Below are positions 51,237-64,000 of a stretch of DNA of 64,000 bases, piece by piece (the first letter of the stretch is position 1; every line of letters begins with the position of its first letter). A program made the translations under genes and the position numbers. A model generated the notes under the pieces. That model saw only the letters and a program-made list of their open reading frames with translations, ran no database searches and had not been told where the DNA came from. This DNA is from Nemertoderma westbladi. Taxonomy: Eukaryota; Animalia; Xenacoelomorpha. The DNA lies in contig JAUCBJ010007021.1 in NCBI GenBank assembly GCA_032718475.1, positions 33,536-97,535 of the forward strand, read 5' to 3'.

Positions 51237-51421
51237 CGTTTGATCTACACATGTGCTAAATACATCGTCCCACACGGTGTCTTCGGGACACACACATTGG
51301 TGCACACATTCCCCGGTGTTGGTGAACACCTCGCACGTGTGCATCTCGGTGTCACGGATATCGTCGCAACTGAGAGGGCATTCGGTGTTCTCGGTGCAAG
51401 GCACCAAAGGTGCTTCACAAA
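51237..51421 (-). CDS. Exon of mucin-like gene: TIL domain (CEAPLVPCTENTECPLSCDDIRDTEMHTCEVFTNTGECVHQCVCPEDTVWDDVFSTCVDQT)
   Basis: CAG/GTAAGT sites, 185 bp, phase 1-0, TIL cysteine pattern completed by ECPC in the next exon. Confidence 0.9.
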
Positions 51422-51567
51422 CTGGGGATGGAAGAAATTATTTAAATATAAAAAATAATTCAACGATTTAATTGCATAATAACTAAAACACTAATAGTGT
51501 CACCAACTTCAAAAAAGCACATTTACATTTTATTCGAATAACAAAGAAACATCAATAAATGACTAAC

Positions 51568-51642
51568 TTTGTTCGGTGGTTGTTGGTGGTGTCACTGGTG
51601 TGGTTGGTGGTGGTGTCACTGTTGTGGTTGGAGGTGGTGTAG
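51568..51642 (-). CDS. Small Pro/Thr-rich exon of mucin-like gene (TPPPTTTVTPPPTTPVTPPTTTEQ)
   Basis: TTTTTCCAG acceptor, GTTAGT donor, 75 bp, phase 1-1, fits both neighbours. Confidence 0.8.
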
Positions 51643-52835
51643 CTGGAAAAATTGAAAGCAGGAATTAACATAAAACATCATGTTACAGGCTAGGCGGAGT
51701 TATTTATTTAAAAAGTAAAATAATCAAAAATAATGTATTTAATAATAACTATTTACTTTACAAAAAGTAAGTAACATTTCTTTGTCCGATTTTTTAATCC
51801 ACCTTTACGAGGAATAGTAAAGGCGAATTTTTCCGAGTCCGAAGGCCGAGGAGCGCACTCCATGCGGATGCTCTTTACGAATACTGCCGAAAGAAAAATA
51901 TCAAAGAAAACCTGAAAAAGACAGACGCTATGGAGTTTAGACGCGACGGTAGATTAGCGCAGAAAGATCACCTCCAGTATGTTTTGTCTCCAATTTGTTA
52001 GCAGCTTCCAATACCGCGGTGTAATATTCACGACAACAAACATAATCAAAGCAATGTACATGGTGTATGTGCAGCGAAAGTAGATTTACTGTATCAGCAA
52101 CATCAATGGATACCGCTAAACGTTTATGTCAGTGGATAATTAAACCCGCCAGAAACGGGCCTTGAAATCTTTCACAACACCGACAACAACTGCAGGGCCT
52201 GCACGGCAGGCGCTCCAGTGACTCCCGTTCTTGTAGGCTATGCAATCAGCCTGCGATTGATAAGCTCCACGCTAAATTCTGCAGAGTCAAAGAAACTTTC
52301 AGTTTCCATACCGACACGAGGCTTCCTTCCTAATGTGCCTAACGTCATTAAGAATGCTGGAACGGTTTATCGACAAAATTGCGGCACCACAACTCCCTAT
52401 CTACTATGGCTTTCGCGAGATTATCCGCATCTTCAAGACCAGTGTTCTTTATGGGGCGTCTCATGAACTTTATGCACAGTAAGCCGATTACAGTAATAGC
52501 AGTTGAGTAGAAACGTCCATGACCAACCAAATATACGTCCACACAATAACATTTCAGCCTACACAGGTATACTAAGAGAAGTTTAAGCTGATTTTACAAT
52601 ATTTATTATGACAATAAAATTGTAATATATATTGGTAATATGTTCATATGGATAATTAAATAATACACATTTCATAAAATAAAAATTCAAAACAAATATA
52701 AAACCATCTCCGTACATTTTATATTTTCCACTGTACATACCATACCATACAGTGTACACGGACACGCAGTTCCTGGTAAAACCGCTATCAAATTTTCAAT
52801 TTTTTTAAATATTATAACTAGTTTAGGTAACTTAC

Positions 52836-53019
52836 GTGTAGGCTCAGGACATTCACCGGTGAGAGCAATCGATACTTTGGTATCATCGAAATCTTTAGCT
52901 ATAATAGCGACCCGTTTAACCTCGGGCATACTATCCGGTAGTAAACTACCAGGGCTGAGATTGTGCGGGTACAGTGCGTAAAGGTTGGTACCATTACCCC
53001 ATATAGAACCATCGTAAAC
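52836..53019 (-). CDS. Exon of mucin-like gene (VYDGSIWGNGTNLYALYPHNLSPG...EVKRVAIIAKDFDDTKVSIALTGECPEPT), possibly the C-terminal half of a divergent discoidin/F5-8-like domain
   Basis: TAG acceptor, GTAAGT donor, 184 bp open frame, phase 0-1. The domain call is tentative. Confidence 0.75.
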
Positions 53020-53390
53020 CTAGGCAACATGATGCAGAAACGGTTAGTTATTGACTTAAGTATAACATAATCCTCAATTATTTAATAAAAATAAATTTAT
53101 TCAATAAACGTCAGTGACATTGGTATACAGATTAATTAAATTACAAAATAATTTCAGAAACACAGAAATATATCATTCGAACCGTAACCTGGACCTTCAA
53201 GGCCTAATTGACATATCCGGTAGATAAATTAAAAAAAAATATCCATAAATAAAATAGTTTATATTAAAAAAACACAACATAAAAATATATACCCTTTTTT
53301 AATTTTGTAAGTTATTTTAGTGGTGTGTGTGGATAATCAGTATCATGTAATGTTAAATTTAATTACTAAATTAGGGAAAGAAAGTGCGAA

Positions 53391-53466
53391 AGGTAGCTCA
53401 GTCGGTAGAGCGCAGCCTCGGGAACTGTACGTTATTAGTTGATGGGTTCGAGACACGGCCACAGCA
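53391..53466 (+). other. tRNA-derived sequence (SINE head or tRNA pseudogene)
   Basis: A box TAGCTCAGTCGGTAGAGC and B box GGTTCGAGAC; no clean acceptor or anticodon stem. Confidence 0.55.
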
Positions 53467-54818
53467 ATATATTTTTTGTAAAATCATAATTACAATCCCT
53501 TAAAACTTGAACTGATATAATCAGCAGTTAATGGTCATTCTTAGTAAATCCGCTCAATAACGCATTTTGTTCGCGCTTTTAAGACCTTTGGCAGTTTAAC
53601 CCGCCAAATCTATATGTCTTCTAGGTTATAAATCGACTTTAGCCTATGACAAGTATTTGACACAAATAAATCCAACATTAGCCGAAGCCAGTCTATGCGC
53701 GACCATTCACCCGCTGGATATACCCGGGAGACTGGATTCGGATGCTTTAATTTGATTGCGGTGCAGGCCTACCGTACTATTCGATTGATCGTTAATATAA
53801 TTCCTGACAAATATCATTCACTTTCGGGAAATATTAGCAGTTCCTTTAGGACGTGGCGCTCTATCTATATAAACAGAGCTATGGCTTACACTAAACACAA
53901 CGGAATGGATTATAAGTTACACATAAGGCGCATTCTTTAGGAGATGCTTTGTTACGCGGACAAGCACATACAGACTATTGCACACCGCTGCACACTGAAT
54001 TGCCGATAGTCACTGATTTTAATCATATATAAAGAGAATAGCAACCGACATTTGTAGGGCCTATAAAATAGCATTCAATTCACTACAAACCACGATAATA
54101 TAAGTCGCAATTGCTATATGTAACCGGTCTCTCTAACCTTAGTGTATCAAGAAGATTGGGGTTTCTGATCGTTTATTGTTATTCTCCAAATAACAATATG
54201 TAAACAACTGATACAATTAATAACAAACAGTAAATAGCAGTAAATAATGTGCAATACAGCAGTAGGTACCGTACCGTACCGTACCGGTCCACTGCGCCGG
54301 TAACAGTTATGTGTTCTTATAATTAAAGCCGTTCTAATGTTGGAATAAAACAGAATAATTCCATAGCCGATGTTCATGGCATCAGGAAAACCAACACACT
54401 GAACCCTGTGAGCTGTTGCAGGTAGCTTTCAACACAAAGAGGAAAAGCTCTCATTGGCAGAGTTCCATATTCCACAGATTCCACGAATGTCTAAATGCCG
54501 AACTATCCGGATTTTTGCAGCCCTTAGCCAACACACAGGATGAATCACTCTGCTTGATTGACCTTGCTCTGGTTGGTTGATCGAACAGAACAAAGAGGCC
54601 ATACGTACAGCAAATCAGCCAATCAGCCGGTAGCTTGCATCATTTGAGTTAGGGAGTTTTTCTTTAGAGTATTTGAGCGCATTGAGGGAAACTGGATTGC
54701 GAAGCAAAAGGGCCAGTTATATCCCACAAAAGCTTTTACACCGCTCCCAGAAAATGGGATTTAATTCTATAAAATATAAAAAATCACAGTTTCTAAAATA
54801 TAAAAATACTCTAAACAG

Positions 54819-56340
54819 TTAGTCTTTCTTGCGTGGACGGCGTTTACGCAGTTTTTTAAAGCTAGCAAGAGTCCTTTTCTCTTTGGGGGGAGCCACTTTA
54901 CTAGGAGAGCTATAACTCCTGGGTGAAGGGTGCAATATGATTGCATCAGAAGGTGTAGGATTATGGTCGGGGTATCCGCCGTTTCGATATGCTTCTCCTC
55001 GAGCTGATTTTCCTCCGCTCGTAGCTGGATACGTTCATCCAAAAACTCTCGCAGAGAATAGGGTCGTCCAAGTTCGATAACTTCTTAGAGATTCTGGATT
55101 TCCCGATCGAACTGAGATAAAGTTACTTTGTTTACCGCTTGGACTTGCTAGTGCAATTTACGTTTATCTGAACAAGCGTAAGTTCCTTTTCTGATATTTG
55201 TAGAATAGCGTCTAACTCATTTGGTACAACGCTCTCCGCCACTTTGGTGACAGGTTATATCGTGTTAAACAGGGACGATGATACGGTTGAATGACGATAT
55301 TAGATGTCCACGTCCCAATCCGACTAGGTAAGATGGGCGAATATTTAGGGAGCCCACAATCAGAGTGCCACCGACTAACTGTTCGGGTAGCACTAGATCT
55401 TTGAACAGTGAGTACAGCTCGGGAGGATCCATGATACTATTAGGATCAAGAGTCTAGGTTCTCACTAGGGAGTGAGGAGGTCTGATCGAGTATTCCGGAA
55501 CTCGGATCATAGGTTTATTTAAGGATCGTTTGAATCGAGCGAGCGTAGGTGATACATCGAACAAGTTTCGCTCGAAACTCCCATAAATATAGCGAGTAAA
55601 ACCGTGTTTAGTGCAACGTCTCCGCGGATGTTTAGGTCTTTCCGTTTGTTGGTTGGGTCTAGGGCATTCATCGCAATAATACCAAAGACGCACGTCTTGT
55701 AGGGGAAACGCGAGTGATCTTTCTCCAGTTTACAATATTCCTCCATCTGTTCGAAGCTATCCGGTTCAACAGGTAGCGGTCGAGCAGCGGTAAGATACAT
55801 CATAGTGGAATAGAGCCGTTTGAGTTCTACCATGCGGTCATGATGTATACCTTGAAGATATCGAGTTTCTAGATTCTGTTGACTGGTAATATTGAGATAT
55901 GTTTCTCTCAAGAATTCCAGATATTCTTTGAAGTCGCTGCGTTTATCCGGTTCTTCAACATCTTCACTTTCGAGTCGGTTTCGAATAGAATTTTCGTGTT
56001 CGAATCTCAGTTTATCGTTCCGCTTCCGCTGGGTATGATATTTAAATAAAACCATTTCCCTTTCGGTGTCTATATCGTTCGTATCGTGTAGGTCGATAGG
56101 ATGACCAGTAGTTAAGAAGTCCATATACGTACCATTACGATGCGTATAGCGAGCGGTGAATTTTCTATAGTCCAATTCACGCGTAAGTTGTTCCTGGGAC
56201 ATTGGCGGTTAGATATAACGACCATCGTCATCCGTAGTAGTTGGACCAGCGTCGCCGCGTATCAAGCTATCAACAAACGCTTGTAAAGGTAGAGTATATC
56301 GCGCCCTGATACCAAGATCATCTTCTATCAACTCAATCAT
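54819..56340 (-). pseudogene. Accessory ORF remnant of copy 3
   Basis: Starts MIELIEDDLGIRARYTLPLQAFVDSLIRG like copy 1, has a stop at ~56211, continues with segments absent from copy 1 (SDFKEYLEFLRETYLNITSQQNLETRYLQG...) and ends with the shared ...RKKD tail. Confidence 0.8.
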
Positions 56341-57981
56341 ATCTGCTATATAAGTTTATCCATATTATAATGAGTTTATATTTAGGCGAGCGGGCGTCGC
56401 TGCCTACCCCTCTCTGCCCCCGGACAGTGCGAGATCCTCAGCGCTGGTGTACTTTCGCCGATGTGCCTATCGCCAACGTCGTAGCTGCACAACGACTACA
56501 ACAACCAGCACGAGTCACTCCACCGTCCGTCCCAAAGGCTTAGATATACTTCAGGTTCTTACTGGAGAGTTAGGGCTACTTTCACAATTGCGACTCGCTA
56601 CTGTAAATACACCTTAGTAGTAACATTCACCTACAAACGCACAAATTCCACGTAACTGTCACAAATGGTACACATTCTATCACACATTCGGGTCATTTGT
56701 CCGTTAGTCAAGTGCCTTCCAGAATGTCACGTTGTTATTATGTATCCTTGGATACTAGCGGTGTGCTATTTATTCCGTATGCTATTCAATGAGCAAGCTT
56801 TTTATTGTTCTGTTGACTCGCTTCTAATTCTAGCGTGGTTGTTGCTATGGTGACATTATGGAAAGCTAGCGGTAGAATTAGGGTAATTCCCATGCATACA
56901 GATCTGGGATGCTATTTAATAGTAAGTCTTTAATGGTCAATATCATCTTTATATATGATTTTATGAATTTTATCGGCTATTGACTCTATATGGGAGATTC
57001 TCGCACACTAATACACTTAATAGGTGAATCTCCGCTCCCATGATCTATTAATTAATGGAATTTTGGGAATATTATAAATTGTATAAAAATGACAATTTAT
57101 CAAATTCATTAAAATATGAATTTAAATTTATTCCCGTAAATTTATTATTTAATATTAAAATAGACACAATTTTATTCCAGAACAAGTCTGGGGACTGGGA
57201 TCCTTGATTCTAGGAATTTTGTCTTTTTAAGAGTATCGGTAAGTGCTACGATATCTTAATCGACTAGAATGTTAAAGGATCTGAAATTTGACAGATTTTA
57301 TAAATATTAACAGTTAATATTTAGGATGGGCACCAGTTTATTCCAGAACAAGTCTGGGGACGTTAACCACTGATTCTAGAATTTTGTCTTTCAAGTATAT
57401 CAGTGGGTGCCGCGATATCTTAATCGACTAGAATTGCAGATGGTCAAAGGGTTTAACAGATTTATTTTGCGTTTTACGCTACTGTTAAAGGGACATCACG
57501 CTACTATATGTATTATTTAATATACGGTATGAGAGCAATATCGCACGAAGCAATGTCAGTGAGAAGAGGCAAGTCGTTTCCAAGGTCTACCCAGAGCTTG
57601 GTTTAGCCGAGACACGAGGATCTGAACTTTGCATTCCTAATACTCTGCCTACCAATAATACTTGAATATAGTAGGAGCTTTATTGTACTTTAATAAGTAC
57701 GGATATTTCATCTTACTGTAGTCACGTATTTATAATATGATACGGACAGTAAGGAAAGAGAAAAATAATTATTTCTCGCCGTCGCACTAAATATAATATA
57801 TAAGTAATTAAGTAATAAACACTAATATATTGCACTAATCTACTAAATAATCGCTAAATAACATTTGACTAAATAAAATTAAAGAAAACGATTATAATAA
57901 AATTACATAATAATACATACATAATATAAAATAATAAAATAAATATAAAATAATATAGTCACACACCCACTCCGTATGTTG

Positions 57982-60900
57982 TTACGTTATGGAGTCCCTA
58001 GATATTTGTTGGATTAGGGAGGTGGTCGAGGGAAGAGTATCTTGCCTTCCATAGTTTCCGGACAGTTTTCGGTCTCTTTCCATTAAACATAAACGACCAG
58101 CGGGGCGATTGAGTGGTTGTGTTACTTTCTCCGCTCCCTTGGCCTGTCTAATCTCAGCCGGGTTAAGGTGGGGAGGCCATTCATCTTCTTTACTTAGGAA
58201 GTCGGGTTCACCTAACCAGTCTGGAGTATCTGTCAGTTCTTGAGGAGTTGCTCCTCTGGAGGCGATGTCGGCTAGATTAATCGTCTCGGGGCAATGTCTC
58301 CATTGATCTACATTGGAGTTGATGTCGTCATTATCTGAGGAGTATGGTCTTCCCTCAGTTGGATCGTCTAACTCACTGCTCTCATCTTCCCATTCTCTTA
58401 CTTGATATACCTGATCTTTCGGTAATCTTTCCATGAGAGTTCTACGGGAAGGGCCAGTAAAGTACCAACCCACTCTAGTTCTTCCCGCATAAGCTTGTAG
58501 TGGTTGCGGTTGAGCAGGCCGTTTCTCCAATGTCTCGAGCGCTTCATGCGCATTTTGACCGATGAGTATTTGGACTCCAGGGTAATCGGTGTTGAATCTA
58601 GGTATTTCAAGCTGCTGGGTGAAATAAAGCAGTGAAAAAAGCGTTCACTATATAACTCCTTTTAGGTCCGTGGACCCTTAACTGTACTACAGGAAATTCT
58701 CGGATTCCTACATTGGAAGTTGGCGCTTTCCAAGATGGTTGTCGATCAGAAGTAGTTATGGGGAGTTCACTGTCGGTTTCCTTCTCATACGTAAGTGCTC
58801 GATACACTGCGGTATTTATTAAGTAACAGGATTCGTTTTCGTCTGAGAATTCGTCCGTATAGAATCCTTCCATCTCAGAACTTTGGTCAGTGTCGTTCAC
58901 ATCACTGAATTGGACATGTAGTTCGGACTCACTTACCTGACTCGGGCTGTTTCTTTCGAATTCGGTGTGCAACAAAATATGATGTTTCGCGCCGCACTTC
59001 GCACACCTTGCGTCGGAGTAACAGGTTCACCGTTGGTGTCCTCGTCTGAGACAATTATAACACAACCGCTTATCCCACATGACTTCACGTCTATCCTTTA
59101 ATGATTTCTTTAGGAATTCATTACACACATTTAAACGGTGGGGCCCGTCGCACAACACACATTTGGGATTGATGTTACTTACTTTAACATGTGCTGTGTG
59201 GTGCACGCTCGTTCTTTCCTCGGGATTTCTTACATGAATTCTCTTAGGAGACGTAGGAGGAGTTTTTCTTACCTGTTCTCTCCTGTCATTGGTTCGAGAC
59301 TTGAATTTACTTACGTCCTTTGGGGTTTTATTGTCATAGTAAGATCTTTCAGTGTCTTTCCCGCTGTCTTCTTCTTGAGAAGCCTGGCTTTCGCCCTCGT
59401 CGGTATAACACACTGGTATTATTTTTCTCCTAGAAACGGGTTTTTCACTCACCTTGTTCTCCAGGGTCTTCTCTCGGGACTGCTTTAGGAGCTGTAATTT
59501 TACCTCTCCATCCAAGAATGACATGAGATCAGCCATGGTAGGGTCTCGTCGTTGTTGTTCCATCATATATAACACTTTCTTGTCCCAGCGTGTACCTACT
59601 CCACCCTTTGGCAGAGTTGATGCTAAGGCTCCTACAACCATAGAATTCTGGTATTCACGAGACTTACCTAACCAATCTAGCTGTCTACAGATCTCCTGAG
59701 TCTCGTCGGAAAACTCTATAATCCCGCTGCTAAGAAACTTTCGGGGCGCCATTAATTTTGCATACAAATACCTAGCTATGTTATTCCTATTACCATACCT
59801 GATGTTTAATGTATCCCAAACTTGTCTTAATCCATCTGGATGTCCAATAAACTTTAACGCCATTAACTTGGGAGATCCTTCCAAGCACTCGATGAGGAAT
59901 CTAAGCTTTTCTCCGTTAGATAACACAGAGTTCTATATGTTATCTTTGTAATATTCATTAAAAGGTAACCATTTCATCTCATCTCCATTGAACTTGACGA
60001 TCTCTCCCATCTTTACCGCTTGACGGGCTTCGGTTCTAGCCATTTGACACGTAAAACTTTCTTGGGCCATCGTATTATTTAATATCGAGTTATCGGTATA
60101 TAAATTTCTCGGATTATTATCAAGTCTATATGGAATATCACTGTCAACAGGTTTATAATTACCCTTAATAGGGTTTACTATAGGAGTTTCTACTTCACTA
60201 GCAGTATAGATGCGTGTAGGCTCCACACCTTGCGCATGAAATACTTCAGACCTAACAGGTTGACACATTGTTACAGAGGGTGGTGGTATACCCTTTTGTA
60301 AATTTACTAACTTATCGCGTTCTGACGCGATACTCTGCTGCACTTCTTGCAATGCTAACCTACCCTCTCTTACTGCTCCCTTTAACTGCTGAACAGTCCC
60401 TTCCAACTCCCGGACCTGCTGGGAGGAACATTTACAATGTTCCCTCAGCTGCCCGAGCAGGAGACCCATCTCCCGTCGTCCCTCAGCTACCCACTCGACT
60501 GCCGAAGCGGGAGTCGCCAACGTAGTAGCGGGCAAGCGAGAGACGACGGGCGATAAATTCTTGATATCTCGCTCGGCGTCCGGGATGGGTTCGGACTCGG
60601 GAACAGTCCTACTGGGCACAGGTAGTTTCGTGCTGTGCAAAGGGAATTTAGAGGTAGGTTCTGGGAGTACAGGTGTCTCTATCACCGAAGGGGTGGCTTC
60701 GAGAACAGGCCTAATTATTTCAGGCTCATCTACTATAGTAGGGAGTCTTTCTACTGTAATAATTTGGTCTGTGGGTTCTGTACTACCTAAGTCTGTGCTA
60801 GTTAGTCTCACCGCAGGAGGCAAATTAGGTAATTCTGCCACTGCCTCTGCCGCTTTTCTTTCCGCTTCTGCCGCTGCTACTTTTCTTTCCGCTTCTATCC

Positions 60901-60982
60901 TTTCAAGACACTGTCCAAGTCGAAGACTCATTCTAACACCTTTCAAAAGACTATCTGACAGTGCCCGTTTTGTGTCAGACAT
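57982..60982 (-). pseudogene. gag: gag-protease pseudogene of copy 3
   Basis: Pieces 60982-59933, 59926-59027, 58975-58607 and 58530-57982 are colinear with copy 1. Large N-terminal deletions; the protease DSG region is replaced by short filler at ~58607-58640. Same RNase H/integrase-remnant C-terminus as copy 1. Confidence 0.9.
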
Positions 60983-63353
60983 ATTTGATTTGTACAGTTG
61001 AATGCCTACTGCTATATTACAGTTAAAGCAAGTCTAGTAATTCAGTATCAACTATTAGCCTAGTAATTAATTACTGATATCGTCACTCAGTGCAACTTAA
61101 TATATATACACAATATATTAGAATACCGGTATACACTTATAGTATATATATAAGTATTATTACTGACTAGATTTGTCACAGAATACCGGTATGTAATTCC
61201 AGCACAAATATATATAAATATATAATAGGCCTATCGTGAATACCGGTATACAGCTTACACTTATAGTATATATAAGTATAATTATGGACTAGAATTAATT
61301 ACAGAATACCGGTATAATTTCTGCCTAAATTTATAAATATATAATAGGCCTATCGTGAATACCGGTATACAGCTTACTTATAGTATATATATAAGTATAA
61401 TTACAGACTAGAATTAATCACAGAATACCGCGAATAATTTCAGCCTAAATTTATAGAAATAAATAAAATAATCCTATTGTAAATACCGGTATATCAATTA
61501 TTTTTAGAATAATTGAATTTCTGAAATTTTAGGGGTTACTTGGTTACTTTGCTTTACTTGATTACCGTTATTTAAGCAGTTGTTTGCTAATTGTTGTATG
61601 GCAGGCCTACTATTTATAAATCGTTTGAGTTGATTTATAATATATATACCCGTTAAAATGGGTTTTTGTCAATATTTGAAATAAATGTTATTATTTCTGG
61701 GGGGAGTCACTACACAGAAGCTGTGCGCTCTCAGTGGAGTGCTACTTGTTGGACACTAAAACAAATAATTCTAATTTACCTAAGTTACTTAATACTACAA
61801 ATTACGTACAATTCTGGGTGAGATTACAATCTCTAAATAAACACAAAAATTACAAGTACGAATTTTTAGGGTAATTTTACAAGAAGTCTACTAACCAGCC
61901 TAACAAAGGGTTAGAATATCTGGTTATTACAACGGACAGGTTACTACGGTATTTGAAAATAATAAGTAGTAGTAAATATACTGCGTTGTCCAGATAGAAA
62001 AATACCACCGTCTGACGACTTATAGCCGTGGTGCTATAAGTACTACGTTATGTATCACGGAGTGTTCCTACCTAGAAGTTAATTACCGCGGTCTACCAGA
62101 ACCAACGTGCCTATTAACCACTTTACAACACAAATATACTGCCTACACACTAATTGCCTTCGGAAAGCACTGTACACTAAACCCTAAATTAGGTACAAGT
62201 ACTTATACAACAAATAATCAGTAGTTAAAAATACTTGAACAGCTAAAAGAACCACGGTATCTGCTGGAGTGACCGGGGCACAAAATCACCAGTCTTTACC
62301 TACGCCAAGCAGCCCTGATGTAGTACCGGGGTTAGTTTAACTATAACGGTATATATAACAAGCACAATTACTGTAGGAATAAACTTGGGGATATGAATGT
62401 TGCGAATAATCGCATAAACTCTGAATAATAAATATTACGCTACGCGTACAGACTACTCAAACAAAATGCAGACCAAACGCTGGCAGACTACTATCAAGCC
62501 TAAATAAACTACAGTATGTGCAGACTCCCAAATGGTTAGTTAGTATGCGTTTTAACCGAGTAGTACGACTTATTCTTTCGGGGGGGGGGGGGGGATTTAC
62601 CTTACAGCTCTAGATGCCCCTACTTTCCTAACCGGCACTTTATCGGACATACACTCTACACACACCACAATCTCTTCAGACCTAACAACAGCCAGACAAC
62701 AATCTAGCCTATAAATTATCTGAATAAGAAATATTACGGTACCTGTACAGACTACACAAACAAAGTACAGACCAAACGCTGGCAGACTACTATCAAGCCT
62801 AAATAAACTACAGGACATGCAGACTCCGAAATGGTTAGTTAGTATGCGTTTTAACCTAGTAGTACGACTTATTCTTTCGGGGGGGGGGGGGGGGGGGTTT
62901 ACCTTACAGCTCTAGCTGCCCCTACGTTCCTAACCGGCACTTTATCGGACATACACTCTACATGCACTGCAATCCGTTCAGACCTATCAACAGTCAGACA
63001 ACAGTCCAGCCTACAAATTATCTGTACGATCTGAGCAGGCTTACACGCCTTCTGCTCAATATTGGCCTACAAACAAATAAAACTGACAGAAATAAGTAAA
63101 ATCTCAATAAAAAACCAGGGCATCCCCGATTACTTATTAAGACCTACCGGTATATAATTATCAAAATCGAATAATACTGCTGTACCTGTACTGCTGTAAG
63201 TACCGGTCCGGGTGGTTAGGTAGTCAGGCCTACTGGGTACCGGTTGCCGGTACTTCAGCTTTATTGCCTACCGCAATACAGAAGCTATATCTGTTATTGT
63301 TCTTACCAGAACAATAGTAAACTGTATTTATTGCCTACACTGCAATCAGAATT

Positions 63354-63364
63354 ATAACTGTTAC
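63354..63364 (-). promoter_or_regulatory. Non-tRNA primer-binding site of copy 3 (GTAACAGTTAT on the minus strand)
   Basis: Complementary to the LTR segment seen at 54300-54310 in the 3' LTR; the 5' LTR copy lies just outside the window. Confidence 0.72.
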
Positions 63365-64000
63365 TGTTCGCGCTTTTAAGACCTTTGGCAGTTTAACCCG
63401 CCAAATCTATATGTCTTCTAGGTTATAAATCGACTTTAGCCTATGACAAGTATTTGACACAAATAAATCCAACATTAGCCGAAGCCAGTCTATGCGCGAC
63501 CATTCACCCGCTGGATATACCCGGGAGACTGGATTCGGATGCTTTAATTTGATTGCGGTGCAGGCCTACTGTACTATTCGATTGATCGTTAATATAATTC
63601 CTGACAAATATCATTCACTTTCGGGAAATATTAGCAGTTCCTTTAGGACGTGGCGCTCTATCTATATAAACAGAGCTATGGCTTACACTAAACACAACGG
63701 AATGGATTATAAGTTACACGTAAGGCGCATTCTTTAGGAGATGCTTTGTTACGCGGACAAGCACATACAGACTATTGCACACCGCTGCACACTGAATTGC
63801 CGATAGTCACTGATTTTAATCATATATAAAGAGAATAGCAACCGACATTTGTAGGGCCTATAAAATAGCATTCAATTCACTACAAACCACGATAATATAA
63901 GTCGCAATTGCTATATGTAACCGGTCTCTCTAACCTTAGTGTATCAAGAAGATCGGGGTGTCTGATCGTTTATCGTTATTCTCCAAATAACAATATGTAA

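Larger units (their letters stand above)
53568..64000 (-). mobile_element. LTR retrotransposon copy 3 (same family, reverse orientation, runs off the window)
   Basis: 3' LTR at 53568-54740 (1173 bp); 5' LTR from 63365 to beyond 64000, near-identical over the visible part. Internal region colinear with copy 1. The TSD cannot be checked. Confidence 0.93.

Noticed and set aside
51800-52545. Possible TE fragments (NTGLEDADNLAKAIVDRELW resembling an RTE-type LINE C-terminus on the minus strand; CCGAGTCCGAAGGCCGAGG hairpin)
   Set aside because: Too short and degenerate to define ends or family from the sequence alone.
53391-53466. Functional tRNA gene
   Set aside because: A and B boxes are present but the cloverleaf stems do not close; more likely SINE-derived.
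53695-53940. 81-aa ORF repeated at 63492-63737
   Set aside because: It is antisense within the LTR of copy 3, duplicated only because LTRs are, and no matching ORF is listed in copies 1 and 2.

Overview
This is eukaryotic (animal, probably invertebrate) genomic DNA. The whole window lies inside one large minus-strand gene for a secreted, cysteine-rich gel-forming-mucin / SCO-spondin / hemolectin-like protein. Seven exons can be chained with GT-AG sites and matching phases, including a 12.2-kb exon made of about 410 copies of PPTTTPPVV. The introns carry three copies of one Bel/Pao-type LTR retrotransposon family (1411-14301 +, 36810-45950 +, 53568->64000 -). These copies keep Gag and protease sequence, have lost RT, most of RNase H and integrase, and carry an unknown zinc-knuckle ORF where env would be. 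The main finding is that none of the copies has a tRNA primer-binding site. Instead, the 11-13 nt directly after the 5' LTR are perfectly complementary to a segment about 730 nt upstream inside the LTR. The pairing stops exactly at the LTR boundary and is kept by compensatory changes in all three diverged copies, which is the geometry of Tf1-type self-primed reverse transcription. The ~730 nt enclosed by this helix form a conserved, covarying multi-helix RNA. Also present: satellites built from amplified splice-donor junctions, tandem Helitron-like elements, hAT-, P- and Kolobok-like MITEs, LINE 3' ends and a decayed Gypsy element. All alignments were done by eye.
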